A stretch of DNA of 63,973 bases, the filler included, from Octopus bimaculoides (Eukaryota), in NCBI RefSeq assembly GCF_001194135.2. It is 6 parts of 6 records of this genome, joined end to end, with 100 filler letters (N's around TTAATTAATTAA, not from the genome) between each part and the next. Parts side by side here need not be neighbours in the genome. Positions count along the whole stretch, not along the records: positions 43,300 to 62,865 come from NC_068989.1; positions 62,966 to 63,973 come from NW_026313272.1; 4 more parts are not named here. One strand, 5' to 3'. Below the pieces are notes generated by a model. It was given only the letters and a program-made list of their open reading frames with translations. It had not been told where the DNA came from and ran no database searches. The translations under genes were made by a program, and so were the position numbers. This document shows positions 50,619 through 63,973 of this stretch, in pieces (the first letter of the stretch is position 1; each line of letters starts with the position of its first letter).

Positions 50619-51089
50619 ATTAAAGAGAAGATTTCTGTGGAGCTACTTACAGAGATTCGCTAGACCGTCTGTTGGAAGTGGGTTTTCCTAAACGATTTCC
50701 TCCACAACAGTAAATATTTAGCGCCTTGTTTCCATAATCATGGGAGCCATGAAACACTCACGATTCTCATTTCTGGTTTCCAACAAATTACTTCTCAAAA
50801 TCATTCAATTCTCATTTCGTTTCCCTTCTTTTCTTTCTATTCTTAACACCTTTCTTTCCTTCTTTTTTTCTTTCTTTCTTTCTTTCTTGCTGATATTCAC
50901 TCCTTATTATGTTCCTTACGGTTTAAGTTTACCTTTAACCCTTAGTTCGTTCTTCTTGATCCTACGTTTATCTTCCTTCTCTTCATTTCTTTACGAACAA
51001 TCGTACATTACTTTAATGTTAGCATGTGTGCTTATCAAAACTGGTTTATTTCTGCTTATTCTCCATGTTTCATATTTTCTTCTTTCTCT

Positions 51090-51129
<40 letters not shown>

Positions 51130-53184
51130 CTCTCTCTCTTTCTCTCTGCAGTCATATATATTCATATATCATATCCTATATATNNNNNNNNNNNNNNNNN
51201 NNNNNNNNNNNNNNNNNNNNNNNNNNNNNNNNNNNNNNNNNNNNNNNNNNNNNNNNNNNNNNNNNNNNNNNNNNNNNNNNNNNNNNNNNNNNNNNNNNNN
51301 NNNNNNNNNNNNNNNNNNNNNNNNNNNNNNNNNNNNNNNNNNNNNNNNNNNNNNNNNNNNNNNNNNNNNNNNNNNNNNNNNNNNNNNNNNNNNNNNNNNN
51401 NNNNNNNNNNNNNNNNNNNNNNNNNNNNNNNNNNNNNNNNNNNNNNNNNNNNNNNNNNNNNNNNNNNNNNNNNNNNNNNNNNNNNNNNNNNNNNNNNNNN
51501 NNNNNNNNNNNNNNNNNNNNNNNNNNNNNNNNNNNNNNNNNNNNNNNNNNNNNNNNNNNNNNNNNNNNNNNNNNNNNNNNNNNNNNNNNNNNNNNNNNNN
51601 NNNNNNNNNNNNNNNNNNNNNNNNNNNNNNNNNNNNNNNNNNNNNNNNNNNNNNNNNNNNNNNNNNNNNNNNNNNNNNNNNNNNNNNNNNNNNNNNNNNN
51701 NNNNNNNNNNNNNNNNNNNNNNNNNNNNNNNNNNNNNNNNNNNNNNNNNNNNNNNNNNNTGTACTGATGAACAAAAGAATACAGGTTACTTCACAGTTTT
51801 TCTGTATTTGATTGAGAAACCAGTGGTCTACCGTTGAGTTAAATGTTTTTAAGAGATAAATTTTGAAAGCTGCATTCCCTCGCTTTCAGTAAATATGTTG
51901 CTTATTTTTGGTAGTTTTTGACTTATTTAGTCCCTCGAAGCGTGAGGCATTACTACAATAGTTAATGCCCTTTATATATAAGTATATATATATATATATA
52001 TATATACATACACACATACATTATTCCACAAAATCTACAAATATCCCACTTTGTCTTCTTTCTTGATTTTTATTACCTTTTTCATTTTCGCTTTTTAATT
52101 ATTTTCTTCTTTCCCCTCCTTCATACCATATTAGTTTTTTGTAAACCTCTACAACTTAACTCCCAAACAACTCATACCCAATCGTAATTTTAAACCAATG
52201 TTTCTCAACAATTTTTTATCTATGAACCTCTTTGATTACTATTTTATTCTAATGGAACCTGCATAGACATTCGATGTTTAAAGACTAGTTTTATATATAC
52301 TCCTTTCAAAATTCCTATTGTGTTTATCCCATTTTCAATTGTTTAAGCTCATCTATGTAAAACGCCAGAGAAAGAAAATTAGCTGTTTCTTGCAATCAAT
52401 ACATCTAAAGCAAAATTTTTCATACACCCTTAATACACTACTGTGGACCCAATTTAGTACTTTGTTTATATGAGCCCCACTAAATCTTAGGACAATCAAT
52501 GTCAGTGTCTGATATTTCTCCACGGTAATTGCAGTGAATTTGTCTTTAGAAGTTAAAATATGTCACAAACACATTTTAACTAGCTTAAAGTTCGCATATT
52601 CATCAACACGGCTTAGCACTGGTATTATTTTATTTATCTGGAACCAGGTGGTCTCCAAGCTCATCACAGTCACTGATTAAATATCTGAGCAAATATACCT
52701 TAATATATAAGATACGGCTTTAAATTTATTCTATTATTACACACACACACGCACACGCACGCACATAGAAACACACATGCATACTCTCACGCGGACGTTC
52801 GCATCTAAACAAAAAATATTTTAGCATAAATTCTATGTATATTTTCCAAACTAATAAACATTTATCTTACTACGACAAAAATCTAGAATCAAAATTACTG
52901 AACACCAATTCCGTATATTAATTTTCATACATTTCTGTATATTTTTAAGTTCATCAGGTGGGCTTTTCATATATTTCTTTATTCCTATATAATTTTTATA
53001 CGTCTTTTATTTTTCCTGTTTAATATATATCTTTTCATGCAACCGATAGATTGCCAGGAAGTTGTTTTCTATAGCTCTGAACAAGCCCAAACTGTGTACA
53101 TAAACATACTTTGAACATCATATAATCAGTTACCAAAGAATGAAGAAATGGAACCTCCAAGTACCCACTCGGGTTTCAATACAT

Positions 53185-53231
<47 letters not shown>

Positions 53232-53240
53232 AATACATAC

Positions 53241-53288
<48 letters not shown>

Positions 53289-54507
53289 GAGAATTTACGA
53301 AAAATCCAACAGACGAAGACAGGTGGTGTAAACAACAAATGGATGTATTAGTTTAACGCTCGGGAATAGAGAAAGTCTTTAAGGTTTCGAGCTACGCTCT
53401 TCAACTGAAAGGAATACAGAAAGAAATAAGGAGAAAAACAAGGAGAAAAACAAGGAGAAAAACAAGGAGAAAAAATATAAATGTAGTGGTCAGCGATCTA
53501 TCATGGCGAATATATATACATGCATACACACACACACATAAGCATACTATAAAAATGTATGTATATGTGTATGTTTATGTGTGTGTGTGTATATATATAT
53601 ATANNNNNNNNNNNNNNNNNNNNNNNNNNNNNNNNNNNNNNNNNNNNNNNNNNNNNNNNNNNNNNNNNNNNNNNNNNNNNNNNNNNNNNNNNNNNNNNNN
53701 NNNNNNNNNNNNNNNNNNNNNNNNNNNNNNNNNNNNNNNNNNNNNNNNNNNNNNNNNNNNNNNNNNNNNNNNNNNNNNNNNNNNNNNNNNNNNNNNNNNN
53801 NNNNNNNNNNNNNNNNNNNNNNNNNNNNNNNNNNNNNNNNNNNNNNNNNNNNNNNNNNNNNNNNNNNNNNNNNNNNNNNNNNNNNNNNNNNNNNNNNNNN
53901 NNNNNNNNNNNNNNNNNNNNNNNNNNNNNNNNNNNNNNNNNNNNNNNNNNNNNNNNNNNNNNNNNNNNNNNNNNNNNNNNNNNNNNNNNNNNNNNNNNNN
54001 NNNNNNNNNNNNNNNNNNNNNNNNNNNNNNNNNNNNNNNNNNNNNNNNNNNNNNNNNNNNNNNNNNNNNNNNNNNNNNNNNNNNNNNNNNNNNNNNNNNN
54101 NNNNNNNNNNNNNNNNNNNNNNNNNNNNNNNNNNNNNNNNNNNNNNNNNNNNNNNNNNNNNNNNNNNNNNNNNNNNNNNNNNNNNNNNNNNNNNNNNNNN
54201 NNNNNNNNNNNNNNNNNNNNNNNNNNNNNNNNNNNNNNNNNNNNNNNNNNNNNNNNNNNNNNNNNNNNNNNNNNNNNNNNNNNNNNNNNNNNNNNNNNNN
54301 NNNNNNNNNNNNNNNNNNNNNNNNNNNNNNNNNNNNNNNNNNNNNNNNNNNNNNNNNNNNNNNNNNNNNNNNNNNNNNNNNNNNNNNNNNNNNNNNNNNN
54401 NNNNNNNNNNNNNNNNNNNNNNNNNNNNNNNNNNNNNNNNNNNNNNNNNNNNNNNNNNNNNNNNNNNNNNNNNNNNNNNNNNNNNNNNNNNNNNNNNNNN
54501 NNNNNNN

Positions 54508-54539
<32 letters not shown>

Positions 54540-55231
54540 GCGTGTGTGCGTGTGTGCGTGTGTGTGTACGCGTGCAGTGTGTGTGCGTGTGCGTGTGTGC
54601 GTGTGTGCGTGTGTGTGTACGCGTGCAAGAATTTATGTATGTACGTACGTATGCACTAACAGTATTTTAGCGAGTGCTAACATATTTAATGTAGTTAGCA
54701 TCAAATGTCAAATTAGCAACATCAACGTGATGTAGAAAAAACATTATCTTCGTTACTATTTCTATTCTAATAATTTCCGTTGGTAAAAGGAAGCAGCTTC
54801 GGACATAATTGTTTTTCCTTAGATGGCCTCGTGAAATCATAGATCTAATGCTATTTGCAAAACTGGGATGAGACAATCACTAATTAGATTTACATTGTAC
54901 ATGAAAATGGCGTAAAAAATAATCGTCATTAATTTTGAAGAATAATTACTGACGTTAATTAGTACCTCAAAGAGTATACTTTGCACAAACATTGTGCCTT
55001 GCACACATATTATTAGACCAACTCATATCCATACGTAAAGATACACTCTGTTACCTACACACAAATTTGTTCATATAAATATATATTAATATATATGTAT
55101 GTCTGTGTACCTGTAGATGACTGAAGATGACCTAGTGTATGAGTGTATATATATATATATATATATATATAATAAATATATTCATAAACATATACATATA
55201 TATATGCAATATATGCATATATGTGTGTGTG

Positions 55232-56330
55232 TATGTATCTTCAAAGTATTCTCTATTTGAAGCAATGCATCGGTCCAGACTCGCTTTCTACTATTCGAAG
55301 CCGTCCTAGAACTCTTTCAAAGTGATGCCTTTTAACGCCTCCATCATCTTTTTCTTCATCTCTTCCACATCTGCAAAAAGTTTTTCTTTAAGGACGGGGC
55401 GGGGTCGGTAGAACAAAACAAAGCAAGATCGAGAGTGATGGAGGNNNNNNNNNNNNNNNNNNNNNNNNNNNNNNNNNNNNNNNNNNNNNNNNNNNNNNNN
55501 NNNNNNNNNNNNNNNNNNNNNNNNNNNNNNNNNNNNNNNNNNNNNNNNNNNNNNNNNNNNNNNNNNNNNNNNNNNNNNNNNNNNNNNNNNNNNNNNNNNN
55601 NNNNNNNNNNNNNNNNNNNNNNNNNNNNNNNNNNNNNNNNNNNNNNNNNNNNNNNNNNNNNNNNNNNNNNNNNNNNNNNNNNNNNNNNNNNNNNNNNNNN
55701 NNNNNNNNNNNNNNNNNNNNNNNNNNNNNNNNNNNNNNNNNNNNNNNNNNNNNNNNNNNNNNNNNNNNNNNNNNNNNNNNNNNNNNNNNNNNNNNNNNNN
55801 NNNNNNNNNNNNNNNNNNNNNNNNNNNNNNNNNNNNNNNNNNNNNNNNNNNNNNNNNNNNNNNNNNNNNNNNNNNNNNNNNNNNNNNNNNNNNNNNNNNN
55901 NNNNNNNNNNNNNNNNNNNNNNNNNNNNNNNNNNNNNNNNNNNNNNNNNNNNNNNNNNNNNNNNNNNNNNNNNNNNNNNNNNNNNNNNNNNNNNNNNNNN
56001 NNNNNNNNNNNNNNNNNNNNNNNNNNNNNNNNNNNNNNNNNNNNNNNNNNNNNNNNNNNNNNNNNNNNNNNNNNNNNNNNNNNNNNNNNNNNNNNNNNNN
56101 NNNNNNNNNNNNNNNNNNNNNNNNGTCATGCCATTTTGTTCAAAAACTGCCTCAGACTCAAGGCCGTGTGCGAGGATACATCGTCGTGATGAAACCACCA
56201 CTCTCTACTTTGCCACTCACTGGTCAGGGTGTTTTCGTCTCGTTGTGTCTCGCAAACGCTTCAGAACTGCCAAGTAAAATGTCTGGTTAACCGTTTTACC
56301 AGGATGAATAAATATTGTGTGGACATAATA
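55232..56330 (-). mobile_element. Mariner transposase relic (3' half) spanning an assembly gap
   Basis: IHPGKTVNQTFYLAVLKRLRDTTRRKHP.., then DLAL..KKMMEALKGITLKEF*..SLDRCIASNREYFE. Confidence 0.88.
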
Positions 56331-56469
56331 TTGTGCAGCATAATTCCTTGTTTCCATTACTTCGTCAATTTTCTTCAAACACGTCACTCAGTGGCTTTTG
56401 TGGTCACGAGCAGACACGGGCAATCTCTCTTTCCACTTATATCTGACCCAGCAGAACATCGAGGATGTG

Positions 56470-56665
56470 ATGGCTAGAGGAGAGATACAGGGCTGTGCCA
56501 GCACACGGCTGCTCTTCATATCAGATAAGTTGAGTGGAACACTGTAATCAAAAGTGTTTTGCTCAAGGACAGGACACAACCCGACGCCTTGCCTAGGAAT
56601 CGAACTCACAATCTTATGATCGTCTGTCCAATCCAACATGCCTAATCGCTAAACCACGCGTCATC
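56470..56665 (-). mobile_element. Family-C tRNA-derived SINE; a related decayed copy lies at ~57930-58085
   Basis: Minus strand: cgcgtggtttagcgattagg..gtgagttcgattcctagg..tccttgagcaaaacactt. Confidence 0.7.
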
Positions 56666-57442
56666 ACACTATATATGAATGGTATATAATTCGGAATTTC
56701 CTCTGAAATTTGATGATAATAAAATGGTTGAAAGCTAAAGTATATTTATAATACTGCGAAGAGATTTGTTTTGTTCACGTTGTTAATATTTGTAATTAAA
56801 TGATCATTTCTGAGAGCAGTTATTTTCCCAGTGAATATGAAGTATTTAAAGTATTTGTTTAGATAAGAAGTATGATTTTTCAAAGTGGCATTCACTAATA
56901 TCAATATTTTCATTTTCCGTCTTCAGACTTCACGCTCTTGTACGAGATTAAAACAGAAAATAGCATGGTAGAGAAAGATTACAGTTTTCTGTGGAACCAA
57001 ATATGTTGTTTTATTTTGGCTTATCATTTACACAAGAGAATTTTTTTTTTCTTGTTTATTTAGCCAGATCATTGATTGGTCTTTGCCATGTTACTTATCT
57101 ATTCAGACGAATAAATAACTATTTTCTCGTTTCTATAATTAATAATTTTGCCGCACTTTGCTGTTTGTATGAGTTTTGTGGTAGTCGGGAGTTGGTATAA
57201 AAAGGAATAATAAAATAATAATTCTGTACCGACCACTGTAACTCTAAAGGTCAGCTTTTGTACGAATGCTCCACTTTATTTTGGTTTCTACAAGCATTCG
57301 ATTATTAACAATACATGTGTTTGAGCTGTTAGAAATAGCAGCCAAATCTCCCTCAAATCATATCTCACAGTCTTAAAAAGAGGAAGATAATATTGAATAA
57401 AATGCAAAGTGCAGCTAGCACTTTCTCATTATTTTCGGTGTC

Positions 57443-57885
57443 TAAGGCAGCGAGCTGGCAGAAACGTCAGCACGCTGGGCGAAATGCTTAGTGGTATTTC
57501 GTCTGCCGCTACGTTCTGAGTTCAAATTCCACCGAGGTCGACTTTGCCTTTCATCCTTTCGGGGTCGATTAAATAAGTACCAGTTACGCACCGGGGTCGA
57601 TATAATCAACTTAATCCGTTTGTCTGTCCTTGTTTGTCCCCTCTGTGTGTAGCCCCTTGTGGGCAGTAAAGAAATAAGAAATGTTAGCACGCCGGGCGAA
57701 ATGCTTAGCGGTATTTTGTCTGTCTTTACGTTCTGAGTTCAAATCCCACCGAGGTCGACTTTGCCTTTCATCTTTCGGGGTCGATGAATTAATTACCAGT
57801 TGCGTACTGGGGTTGATCTAATCGTCTGGACCCCCTCCTCCTCCCAAAAAAAGTTCGGGCCTTGTGCCTAGAGAAGAAAACATTA
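57443..57885 (+). mobile_element. Two tandem family-A SINEs; the first has the long gtccttgtttgtcc..gccccttgtgggcagtaaagaaat tail, also seen at ~42960-43030
   Basis: Close match to the family-A consensus. Confidence 0.93.
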
Positions 57886-58740
57886 TTTTAGGTATCTATG
57901 TAATAGCGAGCAGACGAAGATACATTCTAACTCCCCACAAATGCGTCATTTACTGCTGAGTAGATTGGAGCAACAGGAAAGAAAGTGCCTTGCTTGAGGG
58001 ACAATGTGCCGCTCGATACAGGAATTGAATTGACGACTTTATGATCATAACCCAAACTTCCAACCCACTAGAGCTATGTGTTCACCATTCGGTTATGTAG
58101 TCTAATCTTCACTACATAGAAATAGGCGGGATAGTCACGACTGACATGAATGGATATAAATTTAAAATAATATTTATAAACTAAATTTTTCTACTATTAT
58201 GTTTTGATGAATAAACATAGAAGTAAGTCACAATTTCAGATTATATGTACATGTCTCTGAGCGGAAGGTTTTATTTCTTATTTTCATTGCTGGATCTAGT
58301 GAGAAGGCTATCATTGGCTTTTCTAGACCGGTGAGACTGGAGCCATTAATGCTCTTTTTGAACATTTGTAAGTCAGCACTTGCAAGAATAAACAGGGAGG
58401 GAATTCTATGTATTTCAGTTTAACTGACTGTCCGAAATAGTTAGCAGTATATACAATAGATTAGCTTCCTCTCCAGAATGACCAGGACGAGTCCATCTCT
58501 CATCTGGACACTATTACATGTGCATGGTATTTTGCATTATTCTTTCACCATTCCTGTGACAGAGTTGTCTTGTTAACGAGCTTCAAATTTTCTTTTCTAT
58601 ATTCTTAAACCAAATATTTGTTTTTGGATATATTATTTCCTAGCTGTTGTTTATATAATATGATGTAACATTAGCGAGTTATTGAACTGACGTTAGGTTT
58701 AGTGTTTTTACCAATCTTCCAAGAGTTCAAGCATATTTTG

Positions 58741-59085
58741 TTACAGCAGCAAGCTCTAACATACATAATCTGTGTCACTATAGTTTCGATCCATCTCTCG
58801 GGTACACCTTGAAATATTCTCAACGCATTAGATCGGAACTACAGCGTAATTCTAAAAACAAATTTATCCCCTCCACTTAGTCCAGAGGTCTAACGTTTTT
58901 TGCAAATCTCCCAACAGCTCAGGCATAGCTTGTTACAGCAGAAAGCTATAACCGACATTATTCATGTTACTATAGCTTCAATCTATCTCTAGTATACACC
59001 TTGAAATGTCTTCAAGCATTAGATCGCAACTACAGCGTAATTCTAAAAAAAAAACTTTATCCCCCTCCACTTCATCCAGAGAATA
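58741..59085 (+). repeat. Tandem duplication of a ~190-bp unit
   Basis: ttacagcag.aagct.taac..acaccttgaaat..gcattagatcg.aactacagcgtaattctaaaaa..cccctccactt at 58741 and 58932. Confidence 0.88.
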
Positions 59086-60147
59086 CAGCCACATAATTGT
59101 TTCTGACGTAAGCACAAGGTCTTATTTTATCGACCGACCCCGCAACGCTGAAAGGCAAAGTGGTCTTTGGCAGGATTTGAACTCAGAATATAAAGAGCTA
59201 GAATAAGATATTTTATCCCAAGTCTAAGCATTATATTTAAGCATTAATATTTGCCTTTTCCCCCAAATATCCTTGTGGAGTATACCTCATTAATACATGA
59301 AAAGTAATTTAAGCTGTTGCACTCCAGCTAAGTTCACCTCGGCAAACTCTTCTGTAGCTATCACTGGAACATAGCAATATATAAAGAGAATGAGCAATGA
59401 AAGAAACGCATTATTTCCATCGTGTCACTTGGCACCTAAAGTGCTAAACCACTGCATGTCGAAGTGCACAATGTAATGGTAAATGTTAAGCACTAAATCA
59501 ATTGATAGCGTTCTGTTGCTTGCAAGACTATCTATCTCCTAAGACAACTGGATCAGGGTTGGCCTGGGCCTACACCGTAACATAAAGCAGTTGTTAAGAT
59601 TTCTCTTATTTGATAATAGATATTACGTATCTTATTTCTTTTCACTGCCACAAACGTAAGTACCACTATAGATATGTATAGAAACGTTGTTTGCTCCCCT
59701 ATTGTTATCTATACATGAGTGTTTGCTTTACTTTTGAAAGTTCATCCTGTTAAACATGCAAAAACAACCATCAAATTAATAAACAAAAGCAATGAGATGG
59801 TTTTAAGATCATACACTTCTTTGGAACATTATCGTTACATGTTTTTTTCAACGGGCATGTTCATTGAAACTGATGAGATTTTTTCCTGCTATGGATAAAA
59901 GCATTATCTCTTGTGCAGTATTATTTTATCCCATTACGATCCAACATCCAAAGGTTGTTATATTTAGAACTTAAGACACACGAAATAAAAATTAGATCAC
60001 AGAAAATAAAAAAAAACTGAAAAGAAATCAATGAAATGAGTGATGTTTTGGTTTTTATATGTGCTATTATCCAAGAAACCAAACTTTGGGAGTTGGAATG
60101 AGCGAAACGAATATGTAGATGAATTGAACGTCGTTATTACAAATTTC

Positions 60148-60332
60148 TAAGGCGGCTAGCTGACAGAATCGTTAGCATGCTGGACGAAATGCTTAGCGGT
60201 ATTTCGCCTGTCGGTACATTCTGAGCTCAAATTCCGCCGAGATAGACTATGCTTTCATTCTTTCAGGGTCGATAAACTAAGTACCAGTCTCCCTCTCCAA
60301 ATAGACTGCTGGATCTGTTCCAAAATTTGAAA
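60148..60332 (+). mobile_element. Family-A SINE; another partial minus-strand copy lies at ~59110-59205
   Basis: taaggcggctagctgacagaatcgttagc..ttctgagctcaaattccgccga. Confidence 0.9.
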
Positions 60333-60494
60333 GTATTATTACAGGTTTCTTTTCTAAAAGCTGAACAGCCTAATTTTTTAAAGTTATTACTCTAGCATAA
60401 AAAATATTTTTTTTTTTATTTTTAAAAATTTATATTTGAAAGTAATTATAAATTGAAATTCATACATATATACATACATACATGCATACATACT

Positions 60495-60549
<55 letters not shown>

Positions 60550-60762
60550 TGGGCTTGTTAAAGTGTGTGGAGTTAAGCTCCTGGAAAACCTCGGTTCGAA
60601 TTTAACTGAAATCTAAGTGATCTCTGGCTTAAATATATTACTACCAATATAGTATAATTAATAAGTATAGTTTTTAGTTTGCAATTACTATCAAATACTT
60701 TTGTTTTTGCGATGCTAGTATCGTAACTTCAAAGAATTTTATGTATATATGTGTGTGTTTGT

Positions 60763-60806
<44 letters not shown>

Positions 60807-61673
60807 GTATATATATATATGTATATATATCTTTCTATCTATTTATCTATCTGTCTTCCTCTATCTTTCTATCTATCCCTCTGTCCTGGCCTCTACTTCA
60901 CTGCTATACCCTTCTGTCCCTTCCTCCTTGTTCCACTTCCTCCCTCCACCNNNNNNNNNNNNNNNNNNNNNNNNNNNNNNNNNNNNNNNNNNNNNNNNNN
61001 NNNNNNNNNNNNNNNNNNNNNNNNNNNNNNNNNNNNNNNNNNNNNNNNNNNNNNNNNNNNNNNNNNNNNNNNNNNNNNNNNNNNNNNNNNNNNNNNNNNN
61101 NNNNNNNNNNNNNNNNNNNNNNNNNNNNNNNNNNNNNNNNNNNNNNNNNNNNNNNNNNNNNNNNNNNNNNNNNNNNNNNNNNNNNNNNNNNNNNNNNNNN
61201 NNNNNNNNNNNNNNNNNNNNNNNNNNNNNNNNNNNNNNNNNNNNNNNNNNNNNNNNNNNNNNNNNNNNNNNNNNNNNNNNNNNNNNNNNNNNNNNNNNNN
61301 NNNNNNNNNNNNNNNNNNNNNNNNNNNNNNNNNNNNNNNNNNNNNNNNNNNNNNNNNNNNNNNNNNNNNNNNNNNNNNNNNNNNNNNNNNNNNNNNNNNN
61401 NNNNNNNNNNNNNNNNNNNNNNNNNNNNNNNNNNNNNNNNNNNNNNNNNNNNNNNNNNNNNNNNNNNNNNNNNNNNNNNNNNNNNNNNNNNNNNNNNNNN
61501 NNNNNNNNNNNNNNNNNNNNNNNNNNNNNNNNNNNNNNNNNNNNNNNNNNNNNNNNNNNNNNNNNNNNNNNNNNNNNNNNNNNNNNNNNNNNNNNNNNNN
61601 NNNNNNNNNNNNNNNNNNNNNNNNNNNNNNNNNNNNNNNNNNNNNNNNNNNNNNNNNNNNNNNNNNNNNNNNN

Positions 61674-61719
<46 letters not shown>

Positions 61720-61969
61720 TACTGATTTACTGTATCACTAACGACAGATTTTGTCTTGGTATGTTATAACTAGTGGTTACTTGGTTACTTTCCACTGGCG
61801 AAACCAAGAGGCAGAAATGTGCATTTTGCAATACCACTACCGTTGTTGGACAATTTTCACCTGTTACTAGTATATTTCTGGGGTTTTTAACACTACGCCG
61901 ATAAGATGTGCTACCTCGGGACAAATATCGCAAGTAATTAAGCAAATGGTTAGGCAATAATTATATGCA

Positions 61970-62111
61970 TACAGGAGTGACTGTATGGTAAGGAGTTCGC
62001 TTCCCAACCCCATGGTCTGGGTTCAGTCTCACTGCGTGGCACCTTGGGCACGTGCCGTCTACTATAACTTCGGGTCGACCAAAGCGTTGTGACTGGATTT
62101 GGTAGACGGAA

Positions 62112-62115
<4 letters not shown>
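61970..62115 (+). mobile_element. Family-B SINE 5' part
   Basis: caggagtgactgtatggtaag..ggttcagtctcactgcgtggcaccttgggca..gaccaaagc..gtagacggaaac. Confidence 0.88.
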
Positions 62116-62145
<30 letters not shown>

Positions 62146-62965
62146 GGAGGGAAATTATGTGGATAAAACAAATTAGACATATATATATATATATATATAT
62201 TAAATATATTAAACACCAAATACAAAATATGCAGATATGTAAAACGAGAGGAAACAAAAGGTAGAAACTTTCAGATTATGAATGTTTATGTATAAATATA
62301 TAGGTACATTTATATTAATAGGTCTAATTTACGCAGAGTATAAAAGATAGGGTAAATTACAGGAGTTATAAGCCAACAATTGTTTCTGGGATCTCGGCGA
62401 TCTATAATAATGTTGGAGGATTTAGTATATCACAATACGCTTTCGTATGGATGCAATTAACATTGAATGAGACAAGCCCCTGTCATCAGGGTAGAGAAGA
62501 ACCTCGATTTCAGAACTTAATGCAGAGAAGTTCAAATATTTTTTTTCTCTGTACAAAGATTTTATACTCTGTGTAAGTTGGACCTATTAATATAAATATC
62601 TATATATTTATACATAAACGTTCCTTTCGTTTTACACGTATACATATATTGATATTTTGTATTTGGGGCTAAATATATTTGATGTGTCTAATTTTTTTTA
62701 TCCGCATAATTGCCTCTATACACGCTCAACTTCATCCCTCATATAACCTTTCTTTACTTTGTGGAATGAACCCCTATAAAAACATTGGAATTTAAATTTG
62801 AATCTTTTGAACATTATTGTCTTCTATACAGAGAATCTCTGGATCTCATCTGTGAACTATATATANNNNNNNNNNNNNNNNNNNNNNNNNNNNNNNNNNN
62901 NNNNNNNNNTTAATTAATTAANNNNNNNNNNNNNNNNNNNNNNNNNNNNNNNNNNNNNNNNNNNN

Positions 62966-62997
<32 letters not shown>

Positions 62998-63298
62998 GAA
63001 CCTGGAAAAAATTAAAAACAGAGTTACTTATTGCAAATAAATATGCTAACATGTGACATTATTGTCCGAGGTTACCGTGGTCTTTTACGTAGGCTTTTAT
63101 TTCTAAGGATAAACCTTATCTGTTTCCCCCTTTACACTTTACATCATGACATTTCTGTGATACACGATGGTTTTTTTTTTGTTTTTACGATCCGTTTTGA
63201 TCGAAAACCTACCCCACTTTTTTTCTCCCTCAAAAGAAAAGCTCTACTGTGTAATTTGTCCTCTCTGTGTTCAGCCCTGTGTGGCTAATAAAGAAACA

Positions 63299-63360
<62 letters not shown>

Positions 63361-63361
63361 G

Positions 63362-63425
<64 letters not shown>

Positions 63426-63973
63426 GTGTATGTGCGTGTGCGTGGGTGTGTGTATAAATCGCTAATCATATTTTATTTCTTGCACCCACAATTTTGAATG
63501 CTTTGGCACATCAACCAGGTCCTTTCAGTGACCTTGATTTAAGGGAAGCACTGTGCATAAACCTCCAAGAATGAGGACGGCGGTTGCGATTGATATGAGA
63601 CTGACTGGAATAATGGCGTGAATTCAAGAAGAAGAAAGTAATTGCTTTAAATAGACAGAATGACAAGAAGGAAATTTGCGACATATGTTACATACCACCC
63701 ACATAGCAACCCTGAGAGGGCCTGTTCTGCCCAGATGTACGATAGTAAGACGACCGTGTATCATAACAGAAGTGGAGCAATGTTGTGAATTGAGAGTTCT
63801 ATAGAAATTGGTTGCAGAAAGGAAGATATTGTTTCAGGAATATAAAGTTAAAAAAATTAATAAATAATGCATATGACCATGTATTGCAATATAATAATGT
63901 TACACAAAAAAAAAAGAAAAAAGAGATTGAAGGTTAACTAAGCTGTCAGGCGTTATTTGCTGATGAAGCAAGA

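Noticed and set aside
50740-51180. Hydrophobic ORF start (MGAMKHSRFSFLV..) suggesting a membrane protein
   Set aside because: Composed of CT/TTTC low-complexity sequence running into a gap

Overview
AT-rich, gap-ridden eukaryotic scaffold with roughly 13 kb of N. The SINE families, dense microsatellites and gap style suggest a coleoid cephalopod (Octopus-like); this is inferred from recalled repeat families, not from a search. I can support no intact host protein-coding gene. The window is a transposon graveyard: at least 8 decayed Penelope-like (GIY-YIG) relics, R4/Dong-type REL-endonuclease LINE fragments, a possible RTE fragment, two mariner relics plus a possible third fragment, one Tc1 relic, about 25 tRNA-derived SINE copies from 3 families (including an 8-copy head-to-tail stack), a 5'-truncated 5S rRNA pseudogene and several foldback/MITE elements. 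The most notable signal is RNA-structural. A 337-nt tandem repeat at about 1.1-2.1 kb carries a Type I hammerhead ribozyme (HHR) on the minus strand with a complete catalytic core, which is a retrozyme-like architecture. Further minimal hammerheads with palindromic stem III lie at 20.1 kb and 35.1-35.3 kb, the latter next to a Penelope relic. A 574-bp Merlin-like MITE with a perfect 8-bp TSD is centred on a (CCCTAA)4/(TTAGGG)3 palindrome. Several convincing-looking GPCR, TIR and nAChR readings turned out to be antisense or off-frame shadows of Penelope relics and were rejected. All alignments, identities and folds were done by eye.
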